From NCBI GenBank assembly GCA_053919585.1, contig CM132817.1: a stretch of 64,000 nt of DNA, one strand, 5' to 3'. The position numbers and the translations under genes were made by a program. Of this stretch, positions 26,294-39,468 are shown piece after piece. Source of the DNA: Euprymna scolopes (taxonomy: Eukaryota). The notes under the pieces were generated by a model, which was given only the letters and a program-made list of their open reading frames with translations, was not told the origin of the DNA and searched no databases. The first letter of the stretch is position 1. The number at the start of each line of letters is the position of its first letter.

Positions 26294-29200
26294 AGTGAGG
26301 TAGACAGTCACCCTATCGTGTCCGCTACTATGCCTTTTCTTTCTGGATGAGGTTTTAAGGAAAACTGCAAGGCAGCAGTAGGATTTAAAGTCAGAGTTCC
26401 CATCTCTTAGCCTTTTGTTGTGATAAAGCCCACAAGGCAGTGGTGTTTGATTTTGAGGTTAGTTCTCCTAGTCTTTGCCCAACCAAGGAGACCCACAAGA
26501 CAGTGGGTAGAGGTTGGTAGTGCGCCAGGGTGTGTCCACACATCGGTGGGCCATAACATACTACCTCTAGGGTCCCCTACTACTCCTCCTCCAAGTTTAG
26601 TCTGAGGCCACAAGTCTTTGCGGGTTCACTCCACTGGACATGAGCATTGGCGGTTCAGAGGGTGTCTATCTGATGCGCAACAGATACACCTAAACTGCGC
26701 AAGCAAGTTAGGAGCCAAGGTGGAAAGTCCTATGGCGATGGAGTGAGGATAACAGTGGCAGGTGTGAGAGCTGGGAGCCACTAGTCCAACCTCTGCGCAT
26801 AGGCGGTCATGTGTGATAGTCACAGGTGTACAAAGTGGACGACGATACACTGAGGCAGCTGCATGGATGACCAACCAGCCCTGTTCAGAGACAGCATTGC
26901 TTGCCCTGGAAGGGGACGCCTCTATAAAAGGCTAGGTAAACAAAGCTCATCCAAAGACCATCTGACTGTCACCCCACGGGCAGTGGATCTCCAATCCAGC
27001 GGTAACAACAGAAGAAATAACACTCAAGACTTCAACATCGTTACATGGAACGTCAGAACCATGCTTAGGTGACACATAGAAGAACACCACTGGAGCTCGA
27101 AAATACAAATATCGACATAGCTGGATTGCAGGAGACGAGACTCAGCAGGGAGGGCCAACTGAGAGAAGCAGGAAGAACCTATTCCTGGAAGGGCTGTCCT
27201 GTAGATCAACCTAAAAGAGCTGGAGTCGTCTTTTTTTTTTTTTTTTTTATCAAAAATAACCTAGCCAGTAGAATCACAGAGAGCCCCAGCGAAGTCTCTG
27301 AAAGAATAGTAACACTGCGAATCACCACATCCCATCATCAATGCCTACGCACCGACAATGACCTACCCAGATGAGGAAAAGGAGGCCTTTTACTCTCAGC
27401 TGAGAGACATCATAGTAAATGTCCCTGCAGCGGATAAGCTAGTTCTCCTCAGTGACTTCAATGCCAGAGTGGGCCATGACTACAATACATAGAGACCAGT
27501 TCTTGGAAAGTTTGCACAGAGAAATCCCAATTCAAATGGAGAACTGCTGCTCTGTTTGTGCACAGAGTTTGAATTAGTAATTATGAACACTTACTTCCAA
27601 CATTCGAATAACCATTACTACTCCTGGGAACATCCCAGGTCAAAGAGACGCCATCTCCTAGACTATGTTATCACAAGGAAGGAAGGACCTCAAAGATGCC
27701 AAGAACACAAGAGGTATGTGAGGACCAGATTGCCAAACAGACCACTACCTAATCAAGACTACCTTCAAGTTCTCCATAAAACCTGCATACAGCAGGGCGA
27801 CAACAAAGCGCAAGAAAAGGTTAGACACATCAAAGCTCAGAGTTAGAAAATGACAAGATAGACTACAATGTGCAATCAACTCCGCATTGGAAGAAATCAC
27901 TGACGATTCTGATTCACCAGAACAAATGTGGGACTTGCTAAGCAGGCCTGCATTCTTCACTGCGGCAGAGGTACTTGGCTACACAAAAAATGGAATGCGG
28001 ACTGGTTCAATAGGAATGACCAAGAAATTAGAGATGCAATAAATGAAAGAAACCGAGCATTAAAATAAAAGCTAAGCAACCCAACTAGAGGAAACCAGAA
28101 GAAGCTGGAACAAGTGAGGGCAGAAACAAGTGAGGGCTGAAACAAGTGAGGGCAGAAGTCCAGAAAAAACTAAGAGAAATGGAAAACACCTGGTGGCTGA
28201 AAAAAGGCTGAAGATACGCAAAAGCAAGCGGCGGAAAACAATTCTGCAGGTTTTTTCGGATCACTGAAGGAAGTGCATGGCCCTAGCGCCCAGTTGACTA
28301 ACCCCTCTTATCAGAAGATGGAAATACTATACTGACCCAATCAAAACAGATAATTCAAAGTACTTCGGCACCCTACTGAATGTAGAATCCAATACGGATG
28401 AGGAGATCTTAAGCCACATAATAGTCTTCCTCCAACAGTTGGATCTGAATGGCACACCAACTCTTGGGGAAGTAAGAGAAGCAATTGATAAAACTAAAAT
28501 TAACACATCTCCAGGAATTGATGGCATACCAACAGAAGTATACAAGTTCAGCGGAGAACAACTCATAAGAAAACTTCAACTAATAGCAAAATGCTGGCAA
28601 CAAGAATTCAAAGATGTCATGATCATCCCAATCTACAAAAACAAAGGTGACCACAAAGACTGCATCAATTACCGAGGTATATCCTTGCTGACCATTGCTG
28701 GGAAAATAATGGCTAAAGTGGTGCAAGCTCGGCTAGCCAGACTGGTGGAAAGGGTCCTAACCGAATCACAGTGCAGATTCAGGCGTGAAAGATCTACAAT
28801 AGATATGATCTTCGGCTTACGGCAGATTCAAGAAAAAGCCACTGAACAGTACCGGGAGCTCTACATAGTCTTTGTAGACTTCTGTAAAGCATTTGATACA
28901 GTTGACCGAAAAATGCTGTGGAAGGTCCTTAAAGCGTTTGGATGCCCCAATCACTTTGTGGAAATTATCAAACAATTTCACGAAGGAACAAAAGGGAGAG
29001 TCGTAGCAGAGAACCTAGAAAGCGAACTCTTGCCAGTAAACCACAGCACCAAACAAGGGTGCGTACTAGCCCCAACACTGTTCACCCTATTTCTGACAAC
29101 CATCTTAATGCTGCTTCATCAAAGCACCGAAGAAGGTGTCTTCATCAAGACACATTCTGATGGGAAACTGTTCAACCTTGCAAGACTTAAGGCCAAGACC

Positions 29201-30193
29201 AAGACAAGGAAGGAGCTGATAACAGAACTACTATTCGCAGATAACACTGCTGATAGCTCACAATCAAGCTCAGATGCAAAGGATAGTTGATACCTTCTCT
29301 CAAACAGCCGGGGAGATAGGCCTACAAATCAACATAGGGAAGACAGAAGTGATGTATCAGCCCTCACCAGATAACGACCCGCAAGAGCCTATAACAACAA
29401 TCAATGGCTAGGTGGTAAAAGTTGTTGAAAACTTCAAATATCTTGGAAGCACTAAGCACTGATAACCGTGCTGACAAAGAAATAAGCTACCGAATCCAAA
29501 GCACATGTACCTCCTTTGGCAAGCTAGAAAAGAGGCTCTGGATAAGGGCCGGTATCCGGCTAGACACGAAGTGCAGTCTACAAAACCATCGTCCTGCCAG
29601 ACCTGCTGTACTTAGAGACCTACACTCTGTACAGAGAACACATAAGGAGATTGGAAACCGTCCAACAGAGACACCTGAGAAGGATCATGAAGATCAAATG
29701 GAGTGACTACATACCAAACATGGATGTTCCCAGGAGAGCAAACCTAGATAGCATGGAAGCTACTCTTGCTACGATGCAACCACAAGGGACCGCGCACATT
29801 TCCAGAATGGAAGATAACTGAATTCCAAAGATGATCTTCTATGGAGAACTGGAAAATGGAACCCGCAAGGTAGGTCAGAAGCTTCGCTACAAAGATGCAA
29901 CAAAGCGGCACCTGAAGGCAATGAACATCAATGTCGAGAGTTGGGAGGAACAAGCCAAAGAAAGGAGTGGTTGGCTGAACAGTCTCCACAAAGGAAAGAA
30001 AGAAACAGAGAGAAAGATTGGAGAAGCCTTAGAGCTGAGACACTATAGACGGCACAACCCTGACACCCACATATGTAGTGCCTGTGACCGGGTGTTTCAC
30101 ACAGAAAGAGGACTACGCCAACACCGAAGAATTAAGCACTGAGGCCCCGACTAGTCAATGTCAAGACTGACGGACTGCATGATAATGATTATG
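26294..30193 (+). mobile_element. Near full-length but disrupted RTE-clade (BovB-like) LINE
   Basis: APE motifs IVTWNVRTM, LQETRL, NAYAPT, DFNARVG, WEHPRSK..LLDYV; RT motifs FVDFCKAFDTV, KQGCVLAPTLF, DGKLFNLARL, LLFADN; C-terminal CxxC...HxxxxH; ATGATA-like tail; several stops and frameshifts; possible low-complexity TSD ATATATACA. Confidence 0.9.
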
Positions 30194-30208
30194 ATATATA
30201 CACACAGA

Positions 30209-30379
30209 GAGTAGAACCCTGGGATACGGCTTTAAAAATTTATAACAAAACAGTACAGTATAGAATACACGTATATTATAAATAACACCATAACGCAGGG
30301 CAAATACTGTAACCAGGGGCCAGAAAAACATTGTATTTCACATCGTAACCTGAAAAACCCATATCCCGGGGTTCTACTG
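30209..30379. mobile_element. Tigger/pogo-like MITE, copy 1
   Basis: AGTAGAACCC...GGGTTCTACTG TIRs; reverse complement of 55047-55246. Confidence 0.7.
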
Positions 30380-32035
30380 TGTGTGATTTGAATAAAGCAG
30401 AAAAAAGTATTGAAATCTGGAGATTATATATATTTTCGTGTTACCTAAAAAGATTCATGTTACCAAAAAGTGGCTTGAAATCAAAAATCCTTAAATGTTC
30501 TCTAACATCTAAAAAAGTATCTTAACCATGTTATAGAAATGTGAATGCCAGAGAGACCGTGTGATTAACTGATACCCAAATTTGAGACTTTTTTTTTTTT
30601 TTTACTATCAAATCAAAAATTTTTGCATCCCTACTCCCGCCCCAAATGAATGTTGTTTTGATTAGCTTTATTAATTTAAAATAAAGGCTTTTAATGTTTC
30701 AGAAAATTCAGATTTTAGTCTAATTAAAAACTCAAATGTATAACAAAACTATTCTGAACATTTTTAATTTTCTAAATTTCCAAAATTGCACATTTCTTCA
30801 AATGCCTCTAAAATTTGTTTGGAGATTCCAATCGAGCTGAAATTTTTCAAAAATTGTTCAACTCATAAATCGAAAGAAGTAGGCAGTCGTAAGGAAAGGC
30901 AAGAAGGATATTGCTATCCGTATTGATTGTACAACCTTTTCTTGCTTCCGGAGCAGAAGGTGCCCATGACATCTTGTCAAGGGCACCTTCTGCTCCGGAA
31001 GCAAAAACTCAACAAAATTGAGGACATACAGGCATGTACAGTAATGTTTTATGGTTGCAAGACTTAACTGTTGTGCAAAGATCTTCATGCACTGAAAATC
31101 TTTGACATGTACTGCCTATCATACATATCTACCTATCTGACCAAATCCGAAACCGCATCATCCATGCAAGATGTAACATCACTGGTATCCTTGAAACTCT
31201 TCTGAAATGGGAGACTTAATCTAAACACATTTTTCGACAAATCTATTCACACCTGCTCAGTGTAGAAGCAACAAAGTTGGTCAACCGAAGATATGAATTA
31301 CAACAATCAAGGCAGACATGAAGCTGATAGCCGACTTCCTATGTTTTTGCATGCAATACACTGAGAACTCTGCTTTCTGATCAGCATGAATGGACAGCCA
31401 TAGTGCAGGATACGGTGAACTCTTGAGCCCACTCAACTCACCCTAGGTGAAATATTGCTACAAGTTACAAAAACCTTGAAAGAACTGATCTGAAATGAAT
31501 TGCAACAAATCCATTGCAAGAGTCACGAGAAAACTACCACCCTAGAAGGTATCTCACTCCCAATGCAATCCTCTACCTTTATAAAATACACCCTAAGATG
31601 AATACTGTTGTCACAAGGAAAAGCTGCTTAGAGCACCTTTCCTGCTCAGACAGAGTACAAACTGACTTTGAAATCTAGTGGATGATATCCTTTTCTGCTT
31701 CTTTTCTCATGGAAGAGAAGTTGCAAACCTATCTCTGCTCTATCATTATTTTCAACTCGGTTGAAATGAGGCAAACTTAACACACGTGAGTGACAGTTTT
31801 AGATAGCAATAATTAAAGAAAAGAATGAAGATATTGTCTTCAAACGTTTTGATTTAAAAGAAAAAAAAAAAGGCTTTGATCAGTCAGAAGTAGGTCTGTA
31901 GGTGGAGGTGTACAGTGAGGTAACACTTTTCTGCAGAAAAATATTTCAAACCACGTGGGAAGTGGGTGGAGAGAGTAAAAAAAAAAAATAAAAATAAAAT
32001 AAAAATAAAAAAAAATAAATAAAAAAAATACTTAC

Positions 32036-32124
32036 CTATCGCAATAAAACATGCAGCAAATAATCCGGCGCCTGCACTCCATACTTCTTTGGTGAAAAAG
32101 TAAGTAGCCAATGCAGTAAGACCA
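32036..32124 (-). CDS. STT3B: STT3B exon (89 nt): (S)GLTALATYFFTKEVWSAGAGLFAACFIAI(V)
   Basis: tttcag acceptor, gtaagt donor; phases compatible. Confidence 0.93.
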
Positions 32125-32471
32125 CTGAAAATAAAAGTTAAAAACTTTCAGACATTAACACTAAAATACAATATCTATAAGTGCATCACATTTTCACATT
32201 TCTTGGTGAGAAAGTCGTCGGACTTGAATTACCAGATAGGAAAATTTATTTTAGAAATAGAAAAAAATAGTTTAAAAATAAGCATATTTGAACATAGCAC
32301 AAAATAAATCACTAGACAACTAAATGCATGACTACAGATAAAACCAATGCAACTCTGATACTAATGATCAGTAAAGAAACTAGGTCACAGTTTGATGCAT
32401 TTGACTGCTTAAGATATGTAATTTCTGTTATAAATGACTAATGAAGCAGATTTTGGATGGAGGACTTAATA

Positions 32472-33297
32472 CAGGGTGGAACGATAAAATTGTCACCATA
32501 GAAAAGACGACAGGATTCCATTTCTGTGAGAGGAAAACCGGTTTTCTTTTTTTCTTGCAGACCATCTACTAATTGGCCAGTTGTGTACAAATCCCAAGAG
32601 CGATAGGAGCCTTCTATCATGTCTGAAAGTGACACACGTTCAACGAGCAAGATCGGAGATGTGCCACTGTACAACTCATACTCTCTACGAATCCAAATTA
32701 TGATAACAGAACCATTGCCAGCACCCTCAAAATACATCGCTGGAATGCAACGAATAACAGGGACGTGTCCAGGATGATAAATATAAAGTTTCCAGCCAGA
32801 GTTAGAGCTTTTGGTTTGGTTTCAAGTGAGGGCCACATCATACCACCTCACATCTTTGAAGTCAGCACCAAAGTGTACCTGGATGTGCAGAAGAGTGTGG
32901 TGATCCCATGGTGTAATCAGGTGGCTGCAGGCTTCGCTTCAGAAGGAGTGCTATGACTTTGTACCCTTCTCTAACTAACTCCCCCCTCCTTCCCCCGACC
33001 TGAACCCACTGGACTACTTCGTTTGGTCATATGTCGAGAACATCACCAACAGGACCTCCCACTACACCAAAGCCAGCCTGATTGCCAGATATTTGCTAAG
33101 CTCCCGCTGACGTTTGTAGAAAAGGCATGCTCCTAGTTCCAGACATGTATTGAGGCGGTGATTGAGGTTGAAGGTGACTACATTAAATAGATGTCAGCTC
33201 TGCTACATGATCAAGTTACCTGAATTGATTTTTTTCGATAAGTTTTTAAATACAGCTGTAGTGTTGTTTTCTTTAGGGCGACACTTATTCCACCCTG
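32472..33297 (+). mobile_element. Internally deleted IS630-Tc1-mariner transposon
   Basis: TA|CAGGGTGGAA...TTCCACCCTG|TA termini; transposase remnant with PDLNPLDYFVW and a C-terminal IEAVIEVEGDYI. Confidence 0.85.
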
Positions 33298-33999
33298 TAG
33301 GATAGTTCTGCTTTCAAACTGTACATAAAATGATAAGCTGAGATTATCAGCACAGCCTGTAATGTTATACGGTGTTGTGCCAAATAGAGAAAAACAATTA
33401 AAAGTCCGTCTTTAAAAATAACGAGAATAATCTGAAATTAATGGAGGAGATTAGAACAAACAATTATTTTAAGATCAAACTCGCACTCATATTCTCTGTA
33501 ATTGAATGCAAAACGTTAGGACTGCAAGAAGACACAAAAGATAAATAATCTATATGAACAATACATGTCCAGAGATAAACAACCAAAAAGATATGCCCGT
33601 GCGAGAAATGAAAGCAGGCCACATAAAAGGGTTCTGTTCAAAATTCTGTGCAGATTCGAGAGTTCAACAAAATACACCTTAAGGTCAGAGGTTGCATCAG
33701 CCAAACTGTAGTGCAAGATAGGAACAGTAGTCCGAATAATCCAAATAATTCAGAGAAAATTGTGTAATGATGTAGGTTCCCGAGTTTCTAGATGAAGGAG
33801 TCAGCAAACCAAAGTAGTGAGAAATAAGGTCTTTGAAACCATTAAGATATTTGATATATACGGAGAAAATGTTTGTTGCTGCTGAAATTTTACAGCAAGT
33901 CAACTATTTTATGGATCACTATTTATTTGAATCTCAACAAGGCTGATAAATTTTTAATGTGGGGGAAAAATCCAACATCCAAAAAGTACTTTACATTGG

Positions 34000-34035
<36 letters not shown>

Positions 34036-35109
34036 CATTGCCTCAGTCTAGAAAGATTTCTCCTTCAATAACTGTGGCTTCCCTTATTTTATCCTTTAGT
34101 CATCACATATGCAATGTGTATGACAAAGGGGGATGATGGATTCCAACCCCGGAAACAGCCAACTACATAAGTTTTTGCGAGTTTTTAACCATGAAGTTTT
34201 TTTGTTTTTTTTACTTCAAGTGGCTTCATGCCTTGTCTCGAGTAATTTCCAAAAAAAAAAAAAAAAAAAAAAATGCAGTATCAAAACAGATACTATACTT
34301 TGATCGTAACCAAAAGGCCAAATGCATTGTTGGATCATTTCATGTTAAAATCATACATGTTCTTATATACGATTGATCAGCAGACCCATTTGAAGAATTT
34401 TTGTTATATACGGCACTTGGTCTTCCCAAATGATTTCCCATTTAGTACTTGCCAACCTCAATGTTGCTTAACTTTGATGATCTTAGAAACATTTGATGAT
34501 AATTAGTATAAAACAAGATTGAACAGCTTCAAAGTCTATTATTACCAATTCTCCAGAAATAAAACGGAATTAAGTTGCAATGAGATTCTTTTAGAATTGG
34601 CTAGTGAATGTCGACACTTCTGTAACATGTAATCTTTCAATTTTGTTTTTATTTCTTTCAATCAAAAAGTGAACAAAACTCAACGAAAAAAGTTAATGCG
34701 GATGGAAGTGTCCATTTAATGACAGCTATTTTCTACTCAGCTTTTTCAGAAGGACAATTTATCATTAAGACAAGTAAACAGGAAAAAAAAAAAAAAAAAA
34801 AAACTTTTTTTTTTTTACCAAGTCAGCTCAGAGTGAACACTTTAAAGTCACATTAAGAAAAAAAAATTGTATTGCTTTATATCTGGACACAAATATTTGA
34901 GTTTTATCTCTCATATTACTTTGATTATTCGACTACTATTCTCATCTCAAGTTATTTTCAAAACGTTTCAGTCAATGTGACCTCTGGCCTACTTCAGGTG
35001 TATCTTGTAGAATTCGGAAACCTTTTTGTCGAACTTGTCAATCTGCCGAGAATTTCGAATAGAACCCTTTATTTAATCCAGGGGAGGATAGATTGCTCTC
35101 ATTGACTAA

Positions 35110-35390
35110 GGACCAGCAGCATAGTGGATAAAGTACTTGGTAATTCAATTATATAAGTTATGCTATTCAGGAGATTAAAGGATACAATTTACTTAGGACT
35201 TATAATCAGTCATGACTGATGGAACAAGAGTATGCTACCTCTATGGATTGAATAAAAGGTTTCATTCGAAATTTCATGCAGATTACAAAGTTCAACAATC
35301 GTAGACCTGAAGAAGGTTGGAGGTTACATTAGGTCGAAATGTTGTGAAAGCATTAAGGATAGAAAAAGTAGTTCGAATAATCTGAATAAT
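35110..35390 (+). mobile_element. Second copy of the same SINE-like family (inverted 3' module alongside at 34920-35085)
   Basis: Shared ...GAAATTYYRTGCAGATTACARAGTTCA...ACCTGAAGA...GTAGTYCRAATAAT. Confidence 0.55.
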
Positions 35391-37137
35391 AGTTTTATCG
35401 ATATCTTTATAAAAGTGAGGCGTGTTTACAAAAAAGGAAAAATTGTATAGTTCAAGAAAATCTATTTTGTATTTTTAAAGTTTGTGAAATTTGTTTTGCT
35501 ACTATTTTCAAAAAAGAGTTTTTTTACAATTACAATTTAATCCCCTTGATTGAAATATTTGTAAAAAAAAAAAAAAAAAAATAGTTTCTGCGCCTGGTAA
35601 TGATGTATGCGGTCAAAACTAAGTTGATTTTTAAATTTTTAAATAAATAGTTTATTTTAAAAAATTGTTTGATTTCTTAAACTTGCAAATAAAAAATTAG
35701 ATTTGATTATTACATTTGTTTGATCATTGCTTGAATCTATTCATAAATGCAATGTAATCACCTTCCAAAAATATCAGCACAAAATGAAAAGTAGCAGGTT
35801 TATTGAAAGAGATTAGAAAAGTATATTTATTAACTGAAATGTATATTTTCTAGTTGAATTTGTAACTGTTTGTGTACAGCTTAGTATCCAGATCACTTGA
35901 CAAATCATCACCAAACTTGGTCAAAATATCAAAATTGGTCTAACCCTTACCTAGATATCCAAAATTTTAAATAAAGTCATGAAGAAAAAGGTGAATGTCA
36001 CACTATTCGTGATAACTGATTCATAGAGATTCCTAATTTGGCCCATATTGCAGCCAATGAAGTCCTACATTTCATATGACCATAAATGTAAAAAGTTCCA
36101 TCATGATCAAAATTGACTGAATTTCAATTTGTTTTTTAAAATTTGATCTATGAATCAAATGCTCATTAAAAATACTATCAGCCATGCAAGATTTCAGCCC
36201 GGTTACAAACTTCAAGAATACTTTATACACCATTTCGTCAGGAACACAAGATTTTGGCTCATCCTTACATTGTCAGACAGACGTATACAGTCTCATAACC
36301 GACTTCTGTTTTCTAATGTAATTGATTATATTAAATGTCTATAAACCAAAACAAAATAAAAATGTTAAGAATCAACTATATTTTGTTGAATAGGTTAAAA
36401 AATAAAATAACATGGAAAAAAAAGAAAAAAACAACATTTTTTAAAATTTGGATCTTTTAAGATAAATGATTTAATTGCTGGTGGACAAATTAGAAAATTG
36501 CAACATAATTATTTCTTCTAAAAAAGGTTCCAACAAACTTCCAACAAGTGTAATCTTATAAATAAATAAAATAATAAAAAAAAAAGGCTTGTATATTATA
36601 GTGATGTCGACTCCTTGTGTATAATCAGAAATTATATTTTTAAAGTCTCTTTAAACCTGTAATGATTTTAGTATTAATAACAACTAAGGAATCAGATTAA
36701 ATACCAAGAAAAAAATAAATCAAAACTACATAAAATGAATTCTTAACTAAAGAATTTATCACAGAACAGAATAAAGCCATTTTTCCTTGCCTTTCATAAT
36801 AAACATGGTTCTCTGGTGTTAAAAAAAGTATGCAATATCTTTCTTTTAAAACTTATTTGTCTCTAACCCCATCTCTTATCTCCCATTTTTTCTACATTTC
36901 TCGCATTCTTTTAGCAATTTGGGGAAAAAAAAAAATTTTTTTTTCTATATTTTGTCCAAGACAATGATGTAAAAAACAAAAAAAAAAAGTTTTGTTGGTG
37001 TGTCTTCTCTAGCTTTTGACTTTTAGCCAGACAAACAGGAAACATTTTTTTATATAAAGATTAAATAATAAATGATGGTGGAAACACTCGTTTAAGAAGG
37101 TTGAAAAGAAAACGTGAACATTTCAGTACATGCCCTT

Positions 37138-37171
<34 letters not shown>

Positions 37172-37247
37172 ACTTAACAACAACAAAAAAACAAAACAAC
37201 ATAGCATACAATTGGCTCATTCCATGTCAAATCAACAAGGGGTAAAA

Positions 37248-38423
37248 CCATGTCTGACAGGGATTTTTTTCAAATTTGCTACACTTATAGATCTCCATGA
37301 AAGGAATTGAATGGTATCTGTTACACATCTCAAGGTCAAGGGGTTTCTGAGATATGACCTTGACCTTTTTACAAAAAGGTGAATTTTTATGGAGAGGTGA
37401 CCAACTTTAAAAGATGATATCTCTGTTATTTAGGGGCCTACAAAGTTCATTCATATATCATTCTAAAGTACTTTGATTAGATCTACAATTTTATCTGGGG
37501 TATTTTTTTTAATACCTTTTAGCACTTTCTTGTCAGATTTGTCAATGCTGAAGAACTGGACAAAAATATCATGTTTTATGTGGGGGGGTTCACACAGTTA
37601 AAAACTATTCTTCATTTTATCTTTTAGTATCAGCAATAGAAAAGAGTAACATTCTTTTTGGAATGGCATATTAGGCCAAAAGTTTTCTGATTCTGATACC
37701 TCAAAAAGTTCCGATTTCCAAATTCTGATTAACTGTCCCAACACTAATTACATCATCTTTTTCCATAAAATATGTGTTGCATTAAAAACACAAAATGAAG
37801 AAAATTCAGTTTCATCAACATAAATTTTTTATATGGATTTTGTGACCATGGTCTTTGTGTATATATATTAATCAGCATTAAAATAGCTTTACAAAGATAT
37901 CAAACATGACCATATTGTGAAATATCAAAATGTTTTTATATGAAGTAGCAGGTATTACATTGCGCCATTTTGAATTTAGCCCACTTCTTTAAAACACTTG
38001 TTGGAATGGTTCTAGTGGAAAACCCATCATAAAATTTGGAATATATACTGTCATTAGATAGACAAATTTTTTGTCAAAATCACAAAAAATTAAAATGACC
38101 TTTTTTTGAGATAATTCAGGTAAAAAGGTGAAGGTCAACTTTTTAATTTGACCTTGAAAAAAAAAAAAAATCCCCAGATAAAATTGTAGATCTATCCAAG
38201 TATTTAGAATGATATATGAATGAACTTTGTGGGTCCATAAATAACTGAGATATCATCTTTTAAAGTTGGTCACCTCGCCTTAAAAATTCACATTTTTGCA
38301 ACAAGGTCAAGATCATATCTAAGAAACCCCTTGACCTTGAGATGTGTAACAGATGTCATTCAATTCCTTTCATGGAGATCTACAAGTGTAGCAAATTTGA
38401 AAAAAATCTGTGTCAGACATGGT
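37248..38423. mobile_element. Fold-back element with about 260-bp inverted arms
   Basis: 37248-37510 is the reverse complement of 38160-38423 with scattered mismatches. Confidence 0.8.
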
Positions 38424-38858
38424 GGTAAAAAAAATTTCTAAACTCTAATCAGTTTCAGAAAGAAAGTCTAAATAAGATGTTGAATGTGCACGTGGTGGGA
38501 ATGAGGCAAGAAGTAATTTTATGTAGAAACCAAATTCATCTACTACTTATACCCTCTTCATTCAAAAATTTGTAAGTGTCATAAGAGAGAAAAGGAAGGC
38601 CAGGTAATACACAATGAAAAGAGGAAGAACAATAGAGAAAAAAACAGGAAAAGAGAAAGAACAAAAGCGAGAGAGGAAGAGAAATAATAAAAAAAATCAG
38701 CTGTAAGGCTCTACCATATGATAAAACTTTTCTCATAAAACAAAAAAAAACCCTGCTTTTTGGTAGAAATCTTAAGTGACCACTTCTAGATTTAATAAAA
38801 AAAAAAAAGAAAAACAAAAAGAAAAATAGAATTTTCCTATGTATCAGTTTTTGCTTAC

Positions 38859-38968
38859 CTGAATACTGGTGCAAGGAACACACAGATATCTCTGATATGG
38901 ACAGGGATGTTAAGTGTGTGAAGTACCCAATGGATTGATCCAGAGGTTACCATCAAGCCAGGATACAC
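38859..38968 (-). CDS. STT3B: STT3B exon (110 nt): VYPGLMVTSGSIHWVLHTLNIPVHIRDICVFLAPVF(S)
   Basis: tag acceptor 38971-38969, gtaagc donor; phases match neighbouring exons. Confidence 0.93.
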
Positions 38969-39244
38969 CTACATATTAAAAACAAATATATAAAAAAAAT
39001 AACCAGATCATTTGAATAAAAAGAAAAACTCTAAAAATGTTTTTTTATTTGCAGATTTCTTTCTTTTTTTTTCTTTTTTTTTTTTTTTTTTTTTAACTAA
39101 AAAACGAGTATTTAATATAGAAAAGGATTTAGATGTTATATATAACACAGAATATTAATGACAGCTACGTGATCCGTAACCGGTTAAGTTAATGTTGGTA
39201 TACTGTAAGTACATATAAATGTAGATGTTTAATGCGGTTAATTA

Positions 39245-39468
39245 CAAAGACCTGAAAACTCCCTTTTCACTGGCTACTACAGAGATATTAGGAAAGGTGC
39301 CACCCCTTTTCCCATATGATCCCACTTACCCTTGATCTTCACCTTATAATGTAAAGGGTTTAGCAAGGCATTATCAAACACTTTTTTTTTCTTTTAATCT
39401 TTGATATTATCTAAGCAAGAATTGAACCACAGTCTCCCGACCCATTAACAAACATTCTAACCATTAAT
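39245..39468 (-). mobile_element. tRNA-derived SINE
   Basis: Minus strand begins AATGGTTAGAATG...GGGAGACTGTGGTTCAATTC (A/B box-like). Confidence 0.5.
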
